Shown: positions 19,826-30,748 of the stretch, in pieces | Layout: each line of letters opens with the position of its first letter | How positions within the stretch are numbered: the first letter of the stretch is position 1 | Origin: Candidatus Competibacteraceae bacterium | GTDB lineage: Bacteria > Bacteroidota > Bacteroidia > CAIKAF01 | Assembly: GCA_014879445.1 (NCBI GenBank) | Contig: JACSSC010000018.1 | Location: 64,706 to 128,705 of the forward strand | DNA: 64,000 bases | Direction of reading: 5' to 3' | Program-made: the position numbers and the translations under genes | Notes under the pieces: generated by a model | What the model was told of the DNA's origin: nothing | Seen by the model: the letters and a program-made list of their open reading frames with translations, nothing else | Databases searched by the model: none

Positions 19826-19843
19826 ATTACAACAGTTTTATCC

Positions 19844-19873
19844 AAAAGCCGGAATTACCGTTCCGGCTTTTTT
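19844..19873 (+). terminator. intrinsic terminator
   Basis: AAAAGCCGGAA-ttaccg-TTCCGGCTTTTTT; a TATTTTTG -7 element follows at 19875-19882. Confidence 0.85.
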
Positions 19874-19906
19874 GTATTTTTGAATTGAAAACTAAAATGA
19901 ATTAAG

Positions 19907-21724
19907 ATGAAAAAAGTTTTATTTTTAGCATTATTGATTACATTTTCCGGCATATATGCACAGAATGTGCATCGTTGTGGAACGGAATATATTGTTCAAA
20001 AAGCGCTTCAAGAGAATCCTTCGATACAATTTAACATTGACGAGTTGGAGCAGTTTACAGAACAGTGGATAAAGGATAATCCGATTGGCACAGACAAAGC
20101 CCTATTTGTTCGCATTCCGGTGGTTGTTCATATTGTATATAACACATCTGCTGAGAACTTGAGTGATGCCCGAATTCAATCACAAATAGATGTATTAAAT
20201 GCAGATTTTCGCCGATTGAATTCTGATGCGTCTAATACTCCATCTGCATTTCAAAGTGTAGCAGCTGATGTAGAAATTGAATTTTGTTTGGCCTCAAAAG
20301 ATCCTTATGGGGCATCCACTAATGGCATAACGCGTACATCAACTTCTGTTACCAGTTTTGATATAAACAACGACTATATCAAATTTAGCAGTCAGGGAGG
20401 TAAAGACGCTTGGCCATCCAATAAATATCTCAACATTTGGGTTGGTGATATTAGTGGAGGGATATTGGGTTATGCAACCCCCCCGGGTGTTTTTCCCGCC
20501 AATCAGGATGGTGTGGTCATTAGCTATCAGTATTTTGGCACTTCAGCATATGGAGCTGTTGCTCCATATAATAAAGGTCGCACGGCAACCCATGAAGTGG
20601 GGCATTGGTTGAATCTGAAACATATATGGGGAGATGATGGGACCAGTTGTTCCGGCTCCGACAATGTAAGTGATACCCCAAATCAAGCAGGCGAAAATTA
20701 TGGATGTCCAACATTTCCCAAAACGGATGCATGTACACCAACATCGCCAGGCGTGATGTTTATGAATTATATGGATTATACAGATGATGCGTGTATGAAT
20801 ATGTTTACAGCAGGCCAGAAGACGCGCATGCAGGCAGCTGTTAGTGCTAGCCGCAGTGGCTTATTAACCTCTGACGGATGCTCGGGCGGAGGTGGTGGAA
20901 CAGGGACTTGTGACACTTTGAGCAATTGGACAGCAGGAGATGCACAAGCTTTATATGCTGTTCAAAGTCCGGGAACAGGTTATATTTCTGGTCATAATAG
21001 CTATAGCGACAAAGCGAAAGCAGAGCGTTTTGCCAATGTAGGGAGCAACAAACAGGTAACTAAAATCTTTTTCAAATTTGGTGCTGCAGAGAATTATGAT
21101 GCCAATTCTACAGTAGCGGCTGCGCTTTGGTCTGATGCTTCAGGAAGCCCTAGCACACAGCTTACTTCTGTGAATATGCCTGTGTCCACCATAGCATCGC
21201 ATGTTTCGGGAGGCCAATACACTTTATTGACGCTTACCAGCCCAGTTGCCGTAGGAAATAATTTTTTTGCAGGGATTAAGTTGACATATTCAGGATCTTT
21301 GACAGTTGCACTTTATACATCAACCGATGGAGATCAAGTGCCAGCTACTGCATGGGAACAATTTTCTGATAATAGTTGGTATCGTTTTGATAATTCCTCT
21401 TCTTGGGGAGTAAATGTTTCTTTGGCTGTATTCCCGGTTGTATGTGATGCTACACTTGGCACAGAGTCAGTAGCCGGAATTGGAGATGTGCAGGTTTTTC
21501 CAAATCCAACCGATGGGATTATACAAATGATTTTGCCAGAGACAAAAACGTACAACTTGTATGTGTATGACATGATGGGTCGATTGGTTCAGTCAGAAAG
21601 AATTGCAAACGAGGGAGATTTTGCGCACTCTATAGACCTGTCATCACATCCTAACGGATTTTATTTTGTAGAGATACGTCAGGAGAACAAGAGTATTACC
21701 AAGAAGATTATTCTTAGTCGCTAA
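19907..21724 (+). CDS. M43 (pappalysin/ulilysin-like) zinc metalloprotease, T9SS cargo
   Basis: RCGT cysteine switch, IPVVVH, HEVGHWLNLKH, MNYMDY Met-turn, FPNP C-terminal domain. Confidence 0.92.
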   Translation: MKKVLFLALLITFSGIYAQNVHRCGTEYIVQKALQENPSIQFNIDELEQFTEQWIKDNPIGTDKALFVRIPVVVHIVYNTSAENLSDARIQSQIDVLNADFRRLNSDASNTPSAFQSVAADVEIEFCLASKDPYGASTNGITRTSTSVTSFDINNDYIKFSSQGGKDAWPSNKYLNIWVGDISGGILGYATPPGVFPANQDGVVISYQYFGTSAYGAVAPYNKGRTATHEVGHWLNLKHIWGDDGTSCSGSDNVSDTPNQAGENYGCPTFPKTDACTPTSPGVMFMNYMDYTDDACMNMFTAGQKTRMQAAVSASRSGLLTSDGCSGGGGGTGTCDTLSNWTAGDAQALYAVQSPGTGYISGHNSYSDKAKAERFANVGSNKQVTKIFFKFGAAENYDANSTVAAALWSDASGSPSTQLTSVNMPVSTIASHVSGGQYTLLTLTSPVAVGNNFFAGIKLTYSGSLTVALYTSTDGDQVPATAWEQFSDNSWYRFDNSSSWGVNVSLAVFPVVCDATLGTESVAGIGDVQVFPNPTDGIIQMILPETKTYNLYVYDMMGRLVQSERIANEGDFAHSIDLSSHPNGFYFVEIRQENKSITKKIILSR

Positions 21725-21725
21725 C

Positions 21726-22814
21726 GTGGGAATATCAACATTAACTTCACAATTATTACATTCAACAAAAACCTGCCAGTTGGCTGTGGCAGGTTTTTCT
21801 TTACCCGATCAATCCAATTTTACTTTCTTTATTCAGGATCTTATGCTTCCGTACGGAAAGTTAGAGAATCAGGAATACTGGGTATTCCCTTTTCAGGAGA
21901 AAACAGACAGCCCTTTTGTGAGATTGCAACCACACTATGTATGTAACGAAAACACATTACCAAAGGAAGTTGTTGAAAAACTAAAATTAGCCAATTCACA
22001 TTCTTACTGGGATTATGCACACAAGAAACCAATTCTAAGCACGCAAGAGAGATTTGTTAATGATGTAGAAAAAATTAAATTTTGGATACAAGAGGGGAGA
22101 ATAGAAAAGATGATGATATCATCGGTTCGAGAAGAAGAGTTGCGAGAAAATTTTTCTATTGCACAAGTGTTAGATTCGCTTCGACGTGCATATCCAAGCG
22201 CATATATTTCATATATTTCTACGCCATATACAGGAACTTGGATAGGTGCAACACCTGAAGTATTATTGAATTGTATTCACCAACACGGAGAAACTGTTTC
22301 TTTGGCAGGAACACAATCCCAATTATTTGAGCAGGACTGGGGAGAAAAAGAGAAAAAGGAACAGGATATCGTTTCACGTTTTATAGAAGAAGAGATGAGC
22401 CATGTAGTGCAAGGAGCTATTCAACGCGAAGGGCCAGTAACCATAACAGTGGGAGAATTGAGGCATCTGCAAACGCGCTTTTCGTTTGATTTATGCAATT
22501 TGCCTACGTCGGAAGAGGTTTTTCAATTAGCCCTTCGATTGCATCCAACGCCGGCTGTTGGGGTTTATCCTAAGCATGCATTGCAAATGTTATATCAAGC
22601 TGAGCAACACGAAAGATTATATTATGCAGGATTTATGGGCCCGGTATGTAAAGAAGAAGCCCGCTTGTTTGTCAATCTTCGCTGCATGCAGCTAATACAA
22701 AACAAAGCGTATATTTATTCAGGAGCCGGAATTACAGCTGATTCTGACCCCCATGCAGAATGGATAGAGACAGAAAATAAGGCCCTATCAATACGCATGG
22801 CCTTTGGAAGATAA
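21726..22814 (+). CDS. menF: isochorismate synthase (chorismate-binding enzyme)
   Basis: GATPE, LAGT, LHPTPAV, YAG, VNLRC, GAGIT..S....EW.ET; first gene of the men cluster. Confidence 0.8.
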   Translation: MGISTLTSQLLHSTKTCQLAVAGFSLPDQSNFTFFIQDLMLPYGKLENQEYWVFPFQEKTDSPFVRLQPHYVCNENTLPKEVVEKLKLANSHSYWDYAHKKPILSTQERFVNDVEKIKFWIQEGRIEKMMISSVREEELRENFSIAQVLDSLRRAYPSAYISYISTPYTGTWIGATPEVLLNCIHQHGETVSLAGTQSQLFEQDWGEKEKKEQDIVSRFIEEEMSHVVQGAIQREGPVTITVGELRHLQTRFSFDLCNLPTSEEVFQLALRLHPTPAVGVYPKHALQMLYQAEQHERLYYAGFMGPVCKEEARLFVNLRCMQLIQNKAYIYSGAGITADSDPHAEWIETENKALSIRMAFGR

Positions 22815-22843
22815 AATACAGCTCTTTTACTACCTTTAACGCG

Positions 22844-24511
22844 ATGAATGCATCAAGCAAAAACACACCGACTATAGCAGCTATTTGCGCAGCTCACGGG
22901 GTAGAGAATGTGATCATTTGTCCGGGATCGCGCTCTGCGCCAATTACACTTGCTTTTGTACGCTCTCAAAAATTCTTATGCCATACAGTAGTTGATGAGC
23001 GTACGGCAGGATATATAGCTTTGGGCATGGCTCAGCAAACACAGCAACCGGTGGTTATTATTTGCACATCAGGCACGGCTGCTCTTAATCTTTCACCTGC
23101 ATTGGCAGAAGCTTTTTATGCACGTGTGCCATTAATAGTACTAACAGCTGATAGGCCAGAGGCCTGGATTGATCAAGGAGATGGACAAACCATTCGTCAA
23201 GCACGCATTTTTGAATCATTTACCATCAAATCATATCATCTTTCTGGCGATAATTATCATTCAGAGAACCTGTGGCATGTGCAACGCAGCGTCAACGAGG
23301 CATTGATTTTTGCTAAAAGCAGAAAAGGGCCGGTACATATAAATTTGTCATTGTGCGAACCATTGTATGACGTTCCTATTTTATCAGACAACACGATTCA
23401 CATAGTTAAATCTGCATATGAAAGTGTTGCGAGTTATGAAGAAATTCCCATGCCTCAAGATTTAAAGCTATGGGTGTTGGTAGGGCAGCAACAAACAGAT
23501 GCTCAAACAGCATATATATTAGAGAAAGGAATTCGTGATTACAATTGGGTTGTAGTTGCCGAATCGCTTGCTAATTTATTTATTCCTTCGTCTATACAAA
23601 ACATTCAGGAAACCATAGCTTCGGGAACCTCTCATTTGCAACCGCCCAATGTTTTACTCAGTATAGGGGGTGCAATCATTTCAAAAAAACTTAAGCAATA
23701 TCTTCGTTCGCTTGAAACCTTAACGCACATTCATGTTGATGATAGAGAAGAGTTGATGGATACTTTTTGTCACTTGTCATATCAATACAAAGGCACGGCA
23801 ATGTCTTTTTTATCAAAGTTTATAGAGTTGCCACGAGTTTCCGAAAAGGATTTTTTCGAACAATGGATGATACAATCCCAGATAGCACAGTCGGCGGTAC
23901 ACACATTTTATGGAATTGCTCCGTATTCAGATTGGACGGCATTTCACTGTTTATTATCTGCCATTCCAGCCCATTCGGTATTGCACTTAGGGAATAGCAC
24001 ACCGGTTCGCTATGCCCAGATTTTTCATGCTACTCGAACCACTTCGATAATCTCATTTTGCAATCGAGGGGTAAGCGGAATAGATGGTATTGTGAGTACT
24101 GCTGTAGGTCATGCATTAGCAGATTGTAGGCGAAAGCATTATGTGATAACCGGAGATTTATCAATGCAATATGATATGAATTCGTTGTGGGTTGAAAGGT
24201 TTCCTGAGAATTTAACGATCATAATTATTAATAATCGGGGAGGTTCTATTTTTCGATTGATAGAAGGTGCTCAAAATGTTGAAGAGTTAGAAAATTACTT
24301 TGAAACCCGTCATCAGATTAACTCTTTTAAACACATGGCCAAGCATTTTGGTATTTCATATATGTGTTGCAAGGATTTGAATTCGCTAGAAAATGCTTGT
24401 CATAATTTAACAGAAACAACAGCCGCCATAATTGAAATACAAACTAACCCTGAAATTTCGGCACAAACATTTGCAGATTTTTATCAATATTTACGAAAAA
24501 ATTCTAGATAA
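22844..24511 (+). CDS. menD: SEPHCHC synthase
   Basis: [38 protein letters not shown]...NNRGG. Confidence 0.93.
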   Translation: MNASSKNTPTIAAICAAHGVENVIICPGSRSAPITLAFVRSQKFLCHTVVDERTAGYIALGMAQQTQQPVVIICTSGTAALNLSPALAEAFYARVPLIVLTADRPEAWIDQGDGQTIRQARIFESFTIKSYHLSGDNYHSENLWHVQRSVNEALIFAKSRKGPVHINLSLCEPLYDVPILSDNTIHIVKSAYESVASYEEIPMPQDLKLWVLVGQQQTDAQTAYILEKGIRDYNWVVVAESLANLFIPSSIQNIQETIASGTSHLQPPNVLLSIGGAIISKKLKQYLRSLETLTHIHVDDREELMDTFCHLSYQYKGTAMSFLSKFIELPRVSEKDFFEQWMIQSQIAQSAVHTFYGIAPYSDWTAFHCLLSAIPAHSVLHLGNSTPVRYAQIFHATRTTSIISFCNRGVSGIDGIVSTAVGHALADCRRKHYVITGDLSMQYDMNSLWVERFPENLTIIIINNRGGSIFRLIEGAQNVEELENYFETRHQINSFKHMAKHFGISYMCCKDLNSLENACHNLTETTAAIIEIQTNPEISAQTFADFYQYLRKNSR

Positions 24512-24512
24512 C

Positions 24513-25334
24513 ATGACAACATATCAATGGACAACACTTAAGCAGTATCAAGAGATTACATTTGATTTTTGCGAAGGCATAGCACGAATTTGTATAAATC
24601 GGCCCCACAAACGGAATGCATTCACTCCATTAACGGTGCATGAGATGATTGATGCCATGCATATATGTAGAGACAATATGGATATTCGCAGCATCATATT
24701 AACCGGAGCAGGAGATGAAGCATTTTGCAGCGGAGGAGATCAGAGTGTTAGAGGACATGGAGGGTATATAGGAAGAGACATGGTGCCTCGTCTAAATGTA
24801 TTAGATTTGCAAAAGCTTATTCGCTCGATTCCCAAAGTTGTGATTGCTATGGTTAAAGGATATGCCATAGGGGGTGGACATGTGTTACATGTTGTATGTG
24901 ACCTGACGATTGCTGCAGAAAATGCACGTTTTGGACAAACTGGGCCTATGGTCGGAAGTTTTGATGGTGGTTTTGGCGCTTCATACTTGGCTCGTATCGT
25001 GGGTCAGAAAAAAGCACGAGAGATATGGTATCTCTGTGACCAGTATGATGCAAAGGAAGCATTGGATATGGGGTTGGTGAATAAAGTAGTGCCAGTACAT
25101 CAGGTTGAAGAGGAAACGGTGAAATGGTGTAAAAAAATTATGGAAAAAAGTCCAATAGCTATTCGTATGCTTAAATCATCTTTCAATGCAGAGCTTGATG
25201 GGCAAGCAGGCATTCAGGAGTTGGCAGGGAATGCTACACTTTTATATTATTTGAGTGAAGAGGCAAAAGAAGGGAAGAATGCATTTATAGAAAAACGCAA
25301 ACCGGACTTTAATAAATTTCCGAAGTTCCCTTAA
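24513..25334 (+). CDS. menB: 1,4-dihydroxy-2-naphthoyl-CoA synthase
   Basis: [26 protein letters not shown]. Confidence 0.96.
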   Translation: MTTYQWTTLKQYQEITFDFCEGIARICINRPHKRNAFTPLTVHEMIDAMHICRDNMDIRSIILTGAGDEAFCSGGDQSVRGHGGYIGRDMVPRLNVLDLQKLIRSIPKVVIAMVKGYAIGGGHVLHVVCDLTIAAENARFGQTGPMVGSFDGGFGASYLARIVGQKKAREIWYLCDQYDAKEALDMGLVNKVVPVHQVEEETVKWCKKIMEKSPIAIRMLKSSFNAELDGQAGIQELAGNATLLYYLSEEAKEGKNAFIEKRKPDFNKFPKFP

Positions 25335-25483
25335 TGCAGATACAGGAGTTAGCGGAATGGCTTGAATAATTTTTTTAATTATTAAAATCACACGAAACTG
25401 TTTTTTTCATTTTTATAATTTGGGATTAAACAAATCGAAATTCAACAGTTCAGATAAAAAACTTTTATTCAAAGCAGGGGTCA

Positions 25484-26410
25484 ATGAGCAATAACAAAAA
25501 TTATGTAAACGAGTGGCGTTGGAGTGCTTGGATACATGCTGCACGACTTCGTACTTTGCCATTGGCAATTTGTGGTTTGGTTGTTGGAAATATGTTGGCC
25601 TTACATTATGGCAGATTTGATGCTTTAATTTTGGGGTTATCAGTATCTACGGCATTATTGCTTCAAATCCTTTCAAACTTTGCTAACGATTATGGAGATT
25701 TTATAAAAGGCACTGATAACGTACACCGCACTGGGCCTGTTCGAACGCTGCAAAGTGGCGCCATTAATGCTCGACAAATGCGAAGGGCACTTGCAATTTT
25801 TTCCCTTCTTTCGTTCATGTCAGGACTGGCTTTGTTGTGGGTGAGTTTGCCCGGATTGAATTGGAAAGATGGCCTGTTCTTTTTATTGCTGGGGTTGGCT
25901 TCCATAGCAGCAGCTATTTTTTATACTATTGGAAAGAATGCATATGGTTATCGAGGATTGGGAGATGTTTTTGTATTTGTTTTTTTTGGTTGGGTAGCCG
26001 TTACTGGCAGTTTTTATCTTCAATTTAAATCAATGGAGCCGTTGGTTTTATTACCTGCTACAGCGATTGGGCTATTTGCGGCAGGAGTATTAAATATGAA
26101 TAACCTGCGAGATATAGAAAATGATAAAGCTTATGGCAAGATAACTTTGCCTGTTCGGATGGGGATGAAAGGAGCCATTGCTTATCATTATTTTTTAATC
26201 ATAGGGGGAAGTGTTGCTGCAATTTTTTTTCAGTATTATGTATTTGGAGCATATCAAACGCTACTCCTTTCACCTTTGTTGGTAGTAATTCCACATTTGA
26301 TTCGAATATCTATACGGCCTATTCCTCGCATGTTTGATCAGCAGCTGAAAATGGTTGTTCTCATTACACTGATGTACACAATTGGTCTTTCGTTGTCTGT
26401 GATTCTATAG
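25484..26410 (+). CDS. menA: DHNA polyprenyltransferase
   Basis: RLRTLPL, NFANDYGD...D, NNLRD...D; hydrophobic. Confidence 0.93.
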   Translation: MSNNKNYVNEWRWSAWIHAARLRTLPLAICGLVVGNMLALHYGRFDALILGLSVSTALLLQILSNFANDYGDFIKGTDNVHRTGPVRTLQSGAINARQMRRALAIFSLLSFMSGLALLWVSLPGLNWKDGLFFLLLGLASIAAAIFYTIGKNAYGYRGLGDVFVFVFFGWVAVTGSFYLQFKSMEPLVLLPATAIGLFAAGVLNMNNLRDIENDKAYGKITLPVRMGMKGAIAYHYFLIIGGSVAAIFFQYYVFGAYQTLLLSPLLVVIPHLIRISIRPIPRMFDQQLKMVVLITLMYTIGLSLSVIL

Positions 26411-26414
26411 TATT

Positions 26415-28436
26415 TTATTCTGGAAATTCAGAAAGCAGTTTTTGTAGTTCAAACATTTCATCTCTTAGAATCGCGGCCTCAACAAAATCGAGTTTGCGAG
26501 CTGCCTCTTCCATTTTTTTTCGCAGATTGTTTATGCTTTTTTGCACATCTGTTCGGGTCTTGTAAAGCATTTTTTCTTCAGCCGCTATTGAAAGTTCATC
26601 AGGTTGAACATAATAATTTTCTTTACCAGCACCGGCAATTTGGGTTTGTTGCCATATCGTTTCTTTTGACTTTGTCAAAGGGTGAGGAGTAAGATTATGC
26701 TTAATATTATGTGCAATTTGCTTTTCACGCCTCCTTTCGGTTTCATCAATGGCTTTTTGCATGCTTTCTGTTGTTTTGTCGGCATACATGATAACGCGCC
26801 CATTGATATTTCTGGCAGCTCTGCCAATGGTTTGTATCAAAGACCGGTGATTACGAAGAAACCCTTCTTTGTCGGCGTCCAGAATGGCAACAAGAGACAC
26901 TTCAGGAAGGTCTAACCCTTCTCGAAGCAAGTTTACACCCACCAACACATCAAAAATACCAAGTCGTAAATCGCGGAGAATTTCTACCCGTTCTAATGTG
27001 TCAATCTCCGAATGTATATATCTGCATCTTATATGAAGTTTAGATAAATACTTGAACAATTCTTCAGCCATGCGTTTAGTAAGCGTAGTTACCAGCACCC
27101 GTTCATCAATGCGAGTACATTTTTCAATTTCATGTAGCAGATTATCCACCTGATTTACGGAAGGCCTGACTTCAATAATGGGGTCAAGCAGTCCTGTCGG
27201 GCGAATAACTTGTTCAACAAATACGCCTTGGGATTGTTGCAATTCATAATCACCAGGAGTGGCACTAACATAAATGACCTGATTGATTAAGCTCTCAAAC
27301 TCTTCAAAACGTAGTGGCCGATTGTCAAGAGCTGCAGGCAAGCGGAATCCGTATTCAACCAAATTAACTTTTCTGTGTCGGTCACCGTTATACATGGCAC
27401 GAAGCTGGGGAATCGTTACATGACTTTCATCAATTATCATCAGCCAATCTTCAGGAAAGTAGTCAAGTAGGCAGAAAGGTCTAGTTCCAGATTTTCTACC
27501 ATCAAAATAGCGGGAGTAGTTTTCAATTCCAGAGCAGTATCCCAGTTCTTTAATCATTTCCATATCATATTCAACACGTTGTTCAAGTCGTTTGGCTTCA
27601 AGGTGTTTTCCTGTTTCTTTAAAGTGTTGAACCTGTGCAACCATGTCGTCTTGTATAATTCGAATGGCTTGCGTGATGCGTTCACGCGTAGTAACAAAAA
27701 GATTAGCTGGATTAATAACAAACTGATTTAGTTTTTCCAAGGATTTTCCGGTAAAAGGATCAATCATTTCTATTTCTTCTATTTCATCACCCCAGAAGTA
27801 AAAACGAACAGCATTGTCAGCATAGGCAAGGTACACATCAACGGAGTCGCCTATTACTCGAAAGGTTCCTCTCTTAAATTCAAATTCCGTTCTAAAATAC
27901 ATGGCATCGGCAAGGCGAAGCAAAAAATGATTGCGACTGATGCGTTCCCCTTTTTTTATTCGGATACTTTGTTCATAGAAATCTTCTGGATTTCCCATGC
28001 CGTATATACATGAGACAGAAGCTACAACTAGAATATCTTGACGTCCGGAAAGCAGAGCGGACGTTGTGCTGAGGCGAAGTTTTTCGATTTCATCATTAAT
28101 TGAAAGGTCTTTTTCTATGTATGTGTCTGAAGATGGTATATATGCTTCGGGCTGATAATAGTCATAGTATGAAACAAAATACTCTACTGCGTTTTGTGGG
28201 AAATACTGTTTAAATTCACCATACAATTGTGCGGCTAATGTCTTGTTATGGCTTAAAACCAGTGTTGGTTTGCGAATTTTTTCCACAACATTTGCGACCG
28301 TAAATGTTTTACCTGTACCTGTTGCTCCCAGTAGTGTTTGAAAGCGTTCCCCTTGTTTAAGGCCGAGCATTAATTGCCGAATAGCTTCGGGCTGATCTCC
28401 TGTAGGATTGTATGCTGATACTAGTTGAAAATCCAT
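26415..28436 (-). CDS. uvrB: excinuclease ABC subunit B
   Basis: GATGTGKT, YYDYYQPEAY, DESH, C-terminal UVR domain; TACCTTTG promoter at 28452-28459 on the minus strand. Confidence 0.97.
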   Translation of the reverse strand: MDFQLVSAYNPTGDQPEAIRQLMLGLKQGERFQTLLGATGTGKTFTVANVVEKIRKPTLVLSHNKTLAAQLYGEFKQYFPQNAVEYFVSYYDYYQPEAYIPSSDTYIEKDLSINDEIEKLRLSTTSALLSGRQDILVVASVSCIYGMGNPEDFYEQSIRIKKGERISRNHFLLRLADAMYFRTEFEFKRGTFRVIGDSVDVYLAYADNAVRFYFWGDEIEEIEMIDPFTGKSLEKLNQFVINPANLFVTTRERITQAIRIIQDDMVAQVQHFKETGKHLEAKRLEQRVEYDMEMIKELGYCSGIENYSRYFDGRKSGTRPFCLLDYFPEDWLMIIDESHVTIPQLRAMYNGDRHRKVNLVEYGFRLPAALDNRPLRFEEFESLINQVIYVSATPGDYELQQSQGVFVEQVIRPTGLLDPIIEVRPSVNQVDNLLHEIEKCTRIDERVLVTTLTKRMAEELFKYLSKLHIRCRYIHSEIDTLERVEILRDLRLGIFDVLVGVNLLREGLDLPEVSLVAILDADKEGFLRNHRSLIQTIGRAARNINGRVIMYADKTTESMQKAIDETERRREKQIAHNIKHNLTPHPLTKSKETIWQQTQIAGAGKENYYVQPDELSIAAEEKMLYKTRTDVQKSINNLRKKMEEAARKLDFVEAAILRDEMFELQKLLSEFPE

Positions 28437-28494
28437 ATTCTATGCTTGATGCAAAGGTACACGAAAATAAGCAGGGCGTGATTGGTAGGATTGT

Positions 28495-29160
28495 TTAATC
28501 TTTAATACAGCGACATGACATACCGTAATTAGTGCTGCCGCTTACTTTGATCAGGCGCGGGTCGTTTTGGTTAATAATAAAAAACCACGCCACGTTATCT
28601 TCTCGGATAGATGCCGACCAAAATGATGCATTAGATCCCATGTTGTCGAAAAACCCCATTGCATTTCTGAAGCCAGCTGGTAGCGCAGCAAAGGGCACAG
28701 CACCAATGGCGGGTTGATGTTTTAGATTCCATTTTTCGACAGCTTTTAGCTTTGCGCCTGCACCGGATGCTCCATCAAGGTATTGAATCAACTGTTCCCA
28801 TTCATAAACGGAGGGGATATGCCAGCCCCATGGGCAAATGCCACGCCAATTATATACAGCATGATAATTATACAAGAACCCCAATTGTTTGCCCAATAAT
28901 GAGTCGTTGTTATATGCACTTCTGGCGCCCTCTTTGGTAGTTTTCCACTTTTCGTTAGACGACATGTGTTGAATGGGGTCGCCATTTAAATATCGGGTTG
29001 TGCGCAGATTTTCCTTCATCCAGATTTGATTCCCGATGCGAACAGTACTATATACGTTACCATCAATATCAGTAACTGATAATGGGTATTGTGCTATTGT
29101 TCCTTTTATTACAAAAAGAGATGCAATAACAATTAGAAGTTGGCAATATTTTTTTTGCAT
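28495..29160 (-). CDS. Fibrobacter succinogenes major paralogous domain (FISUMP) protein
   Basis: DIDGNVYSTVRIGNQIWMKENL, ICPWGWHIPS, CRCIKD. Start placed at 29160 because a TACATTTG -7 element lies at 29165-29172. Confidence 0.88.
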   Translation of the reverse strand: MQKKYCQLLIVIASLFVIKGTIAQYPLSVTDIDGNVYSTVRIGNQIWMKENLRTTRYLNGDPIQHMSSNEKWKTTKEGARSAYNNDSLLGKQLGFLYNYHAVYNWRGICPWGWHIPSVYEWEQLIQYLDGASGAGAKLKAVEKWNLKHQPAIGAVPFAALPAGFRNAMGFFDNMGSNASFWSASIREDNVAWFFIINQNDPRLIKVSGSTNYGMSCRCIKD

Positions 29161-29267
29161 CAAACAAATGTACATCAGCTCATCACTAGATTGGGCTTAC
29201 ATTTTTAGTAAAATATAAACAGCCGATTATGAATAAATTCAAAAGAATGAATTTAGGAGTATTCTGA

Positions 29268-30746
29268 TTATTCAGCTACAATAATGCGATAAGCATATAT
29301 CTGAATTGGTGTAATAAGTTTGAGAATGTATGCACCCGGCATTAAATTCTGTAGCGAAATAGAGAGCGTAGGGCCTGATATAAATGAGGGGGTAGCATGT
29401 TTGATAGTTTGCCCTTGCATGTTGGTAATTTCAGCAGAAAGGATTTGATGAGCTTCATTGTGTAAATCAACATATATCATATTTGTAGCCGGATTAGGAT
29501 AGATACGGAGCTTTGGCGAGGAGATTTCGTTGGAGCCAACGGTTGGTGTAATGGCGGCTAATCCAGTGCTATCTGTTTTAGCGATAAAACAAGCGGAGCT
29601 TCCTGGTCCATAATTATCAATACGGCCTACCATCACATAACCATTATCATACGTTTTGCGAATATCATTAGTAAATTCGTCAGAAAGAGAGCCGATAATA
29701 CTACTGTATGAATATGTTCCAAATCCGTAATTGGTTCGTCGCAAGTTAATGTCAAAACTGGCAAAAGGGTTGTCTTTATATGTGTTCACAAGATAGAATG
29801 TGCCCCATGCTGCTTCATTCCGCACAATTGTTTTGCGTCTTTCGTATTGGTTGGAGGGATTTCCCTGTGTGGCATAGTTGAATATACCATTTGCAGTAAT
29901 GCGGCTTAAAGATTCTACAACAATGTCCTCGCCGGCATCATAAAAATTACCACCTATACAATACGACATATTATTTCCATTGTCGAAGTACATATCGCCA
30001 CTGCTAAACCATTCGTCGAGTGCCGTGCCGAAGGTTTTTGTAAACAAAGTATCGCCGGATTTATTCAATTTGATAAGATAATAATCACGTTGCCCGGCAC
30101 CATAGCTTAATGTACTTCCAGCTACAATTAAATTTGTATCACGGTCTTCGAAAATAACATTTGCGATATCGTCATCAGCTCCACCAATAGTTTGTTGCCA
30201 AATAAGCGAACCGTTAGGGCTAATTTTGATAACAAATACATCTTTATTTCCAGCGCCGAAGCTGCTTGTTTCACCTGTAATTACGATATTTCCATCATAT
30301 GTTGTGTCGGCAGATAATGCCAAATCCCAGTCAGGGCCGCCGAAGGTACGTGTCCAAATGGTATCTCCTGTTTGATTGATTCTAAGCACATAAAAGTCGT
30401 ATTGCCCGAATCCAAAGGAGTTGGTATGACCAACGATTATAAAGTCAGAAGAGTTAGGAACGGGAATAATGCATTTTGCCCATTCATTACCGTTTCCGCC
30501 GTATGTTTTCAACCAGGTTTGGTTTCCCAATTTATCAGTACGAAAAATAAGCAAATCTGTGCCGGCGACATTATATCCTGAAGTGGCGCCCACCACAACG
30601 AATCCGCTATCATTACAAGGCCAAACACTTTCAGCAGCATCGTATGCGCCGCTTCCGTAAGTACGAAAAAATGTGATGTCTTGAGCTTTGATGTTTACTG
30701 CACTTAAACACAACAGACAAAATATATATAAAGTTTTATGGTACAT
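29268..30746 (-). CDS. T9SS type-A cargo with beta-propeller-like repeats
   Basis: Repeated W.KTYGG...D/E units about 54 aa apart; IYPNP...PGAY C-terminal domain. Confidence 0.8.
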   Translation of the reverse strand: MYHKTLYIFCLLCLSAVNIKAQDITFFRTYGSGAYDAAESVWPCNDSGFVVVGATSGYNVAGTDLLIFRTDKLGNQTWLKTYGGNGNEWAKCIIPVPNSSDFIIVGHTNSFGFGQYDFYVLRINQTGDTIWTRTFGGPDWDLALSADTTYDGNIVITGETSSFGAGNKDVFVIKISPNGSLIWQQTIGGADDDIANVIFEDRDTNLIVAGSTLSYGAGQRDYYLIKLNKSGDTLFTKTFGTALDEWFSSGDMYFDNGNNMSYCIGGNFYDAGEDIVVESLSRITANGIFNYATQGNPSNQYERRKTIVRNEAAWGTFYLVNTYKDNPFASFDINLRRTNYGFGTYSYSSIIGSLSDEFTNDIRKTYDNGYVMVGRIDNYGPGSSACFIAKTDSTGLAAITPTVGSNEISSPKLRIYPNPATNMIYVDLHNEAHQILSAEITNMQGQTIKHATPSFISGPTLSISLQNLMPGAYILKLITPIQIYAYRIIVAE

Positions 30747-30748
30747 AT

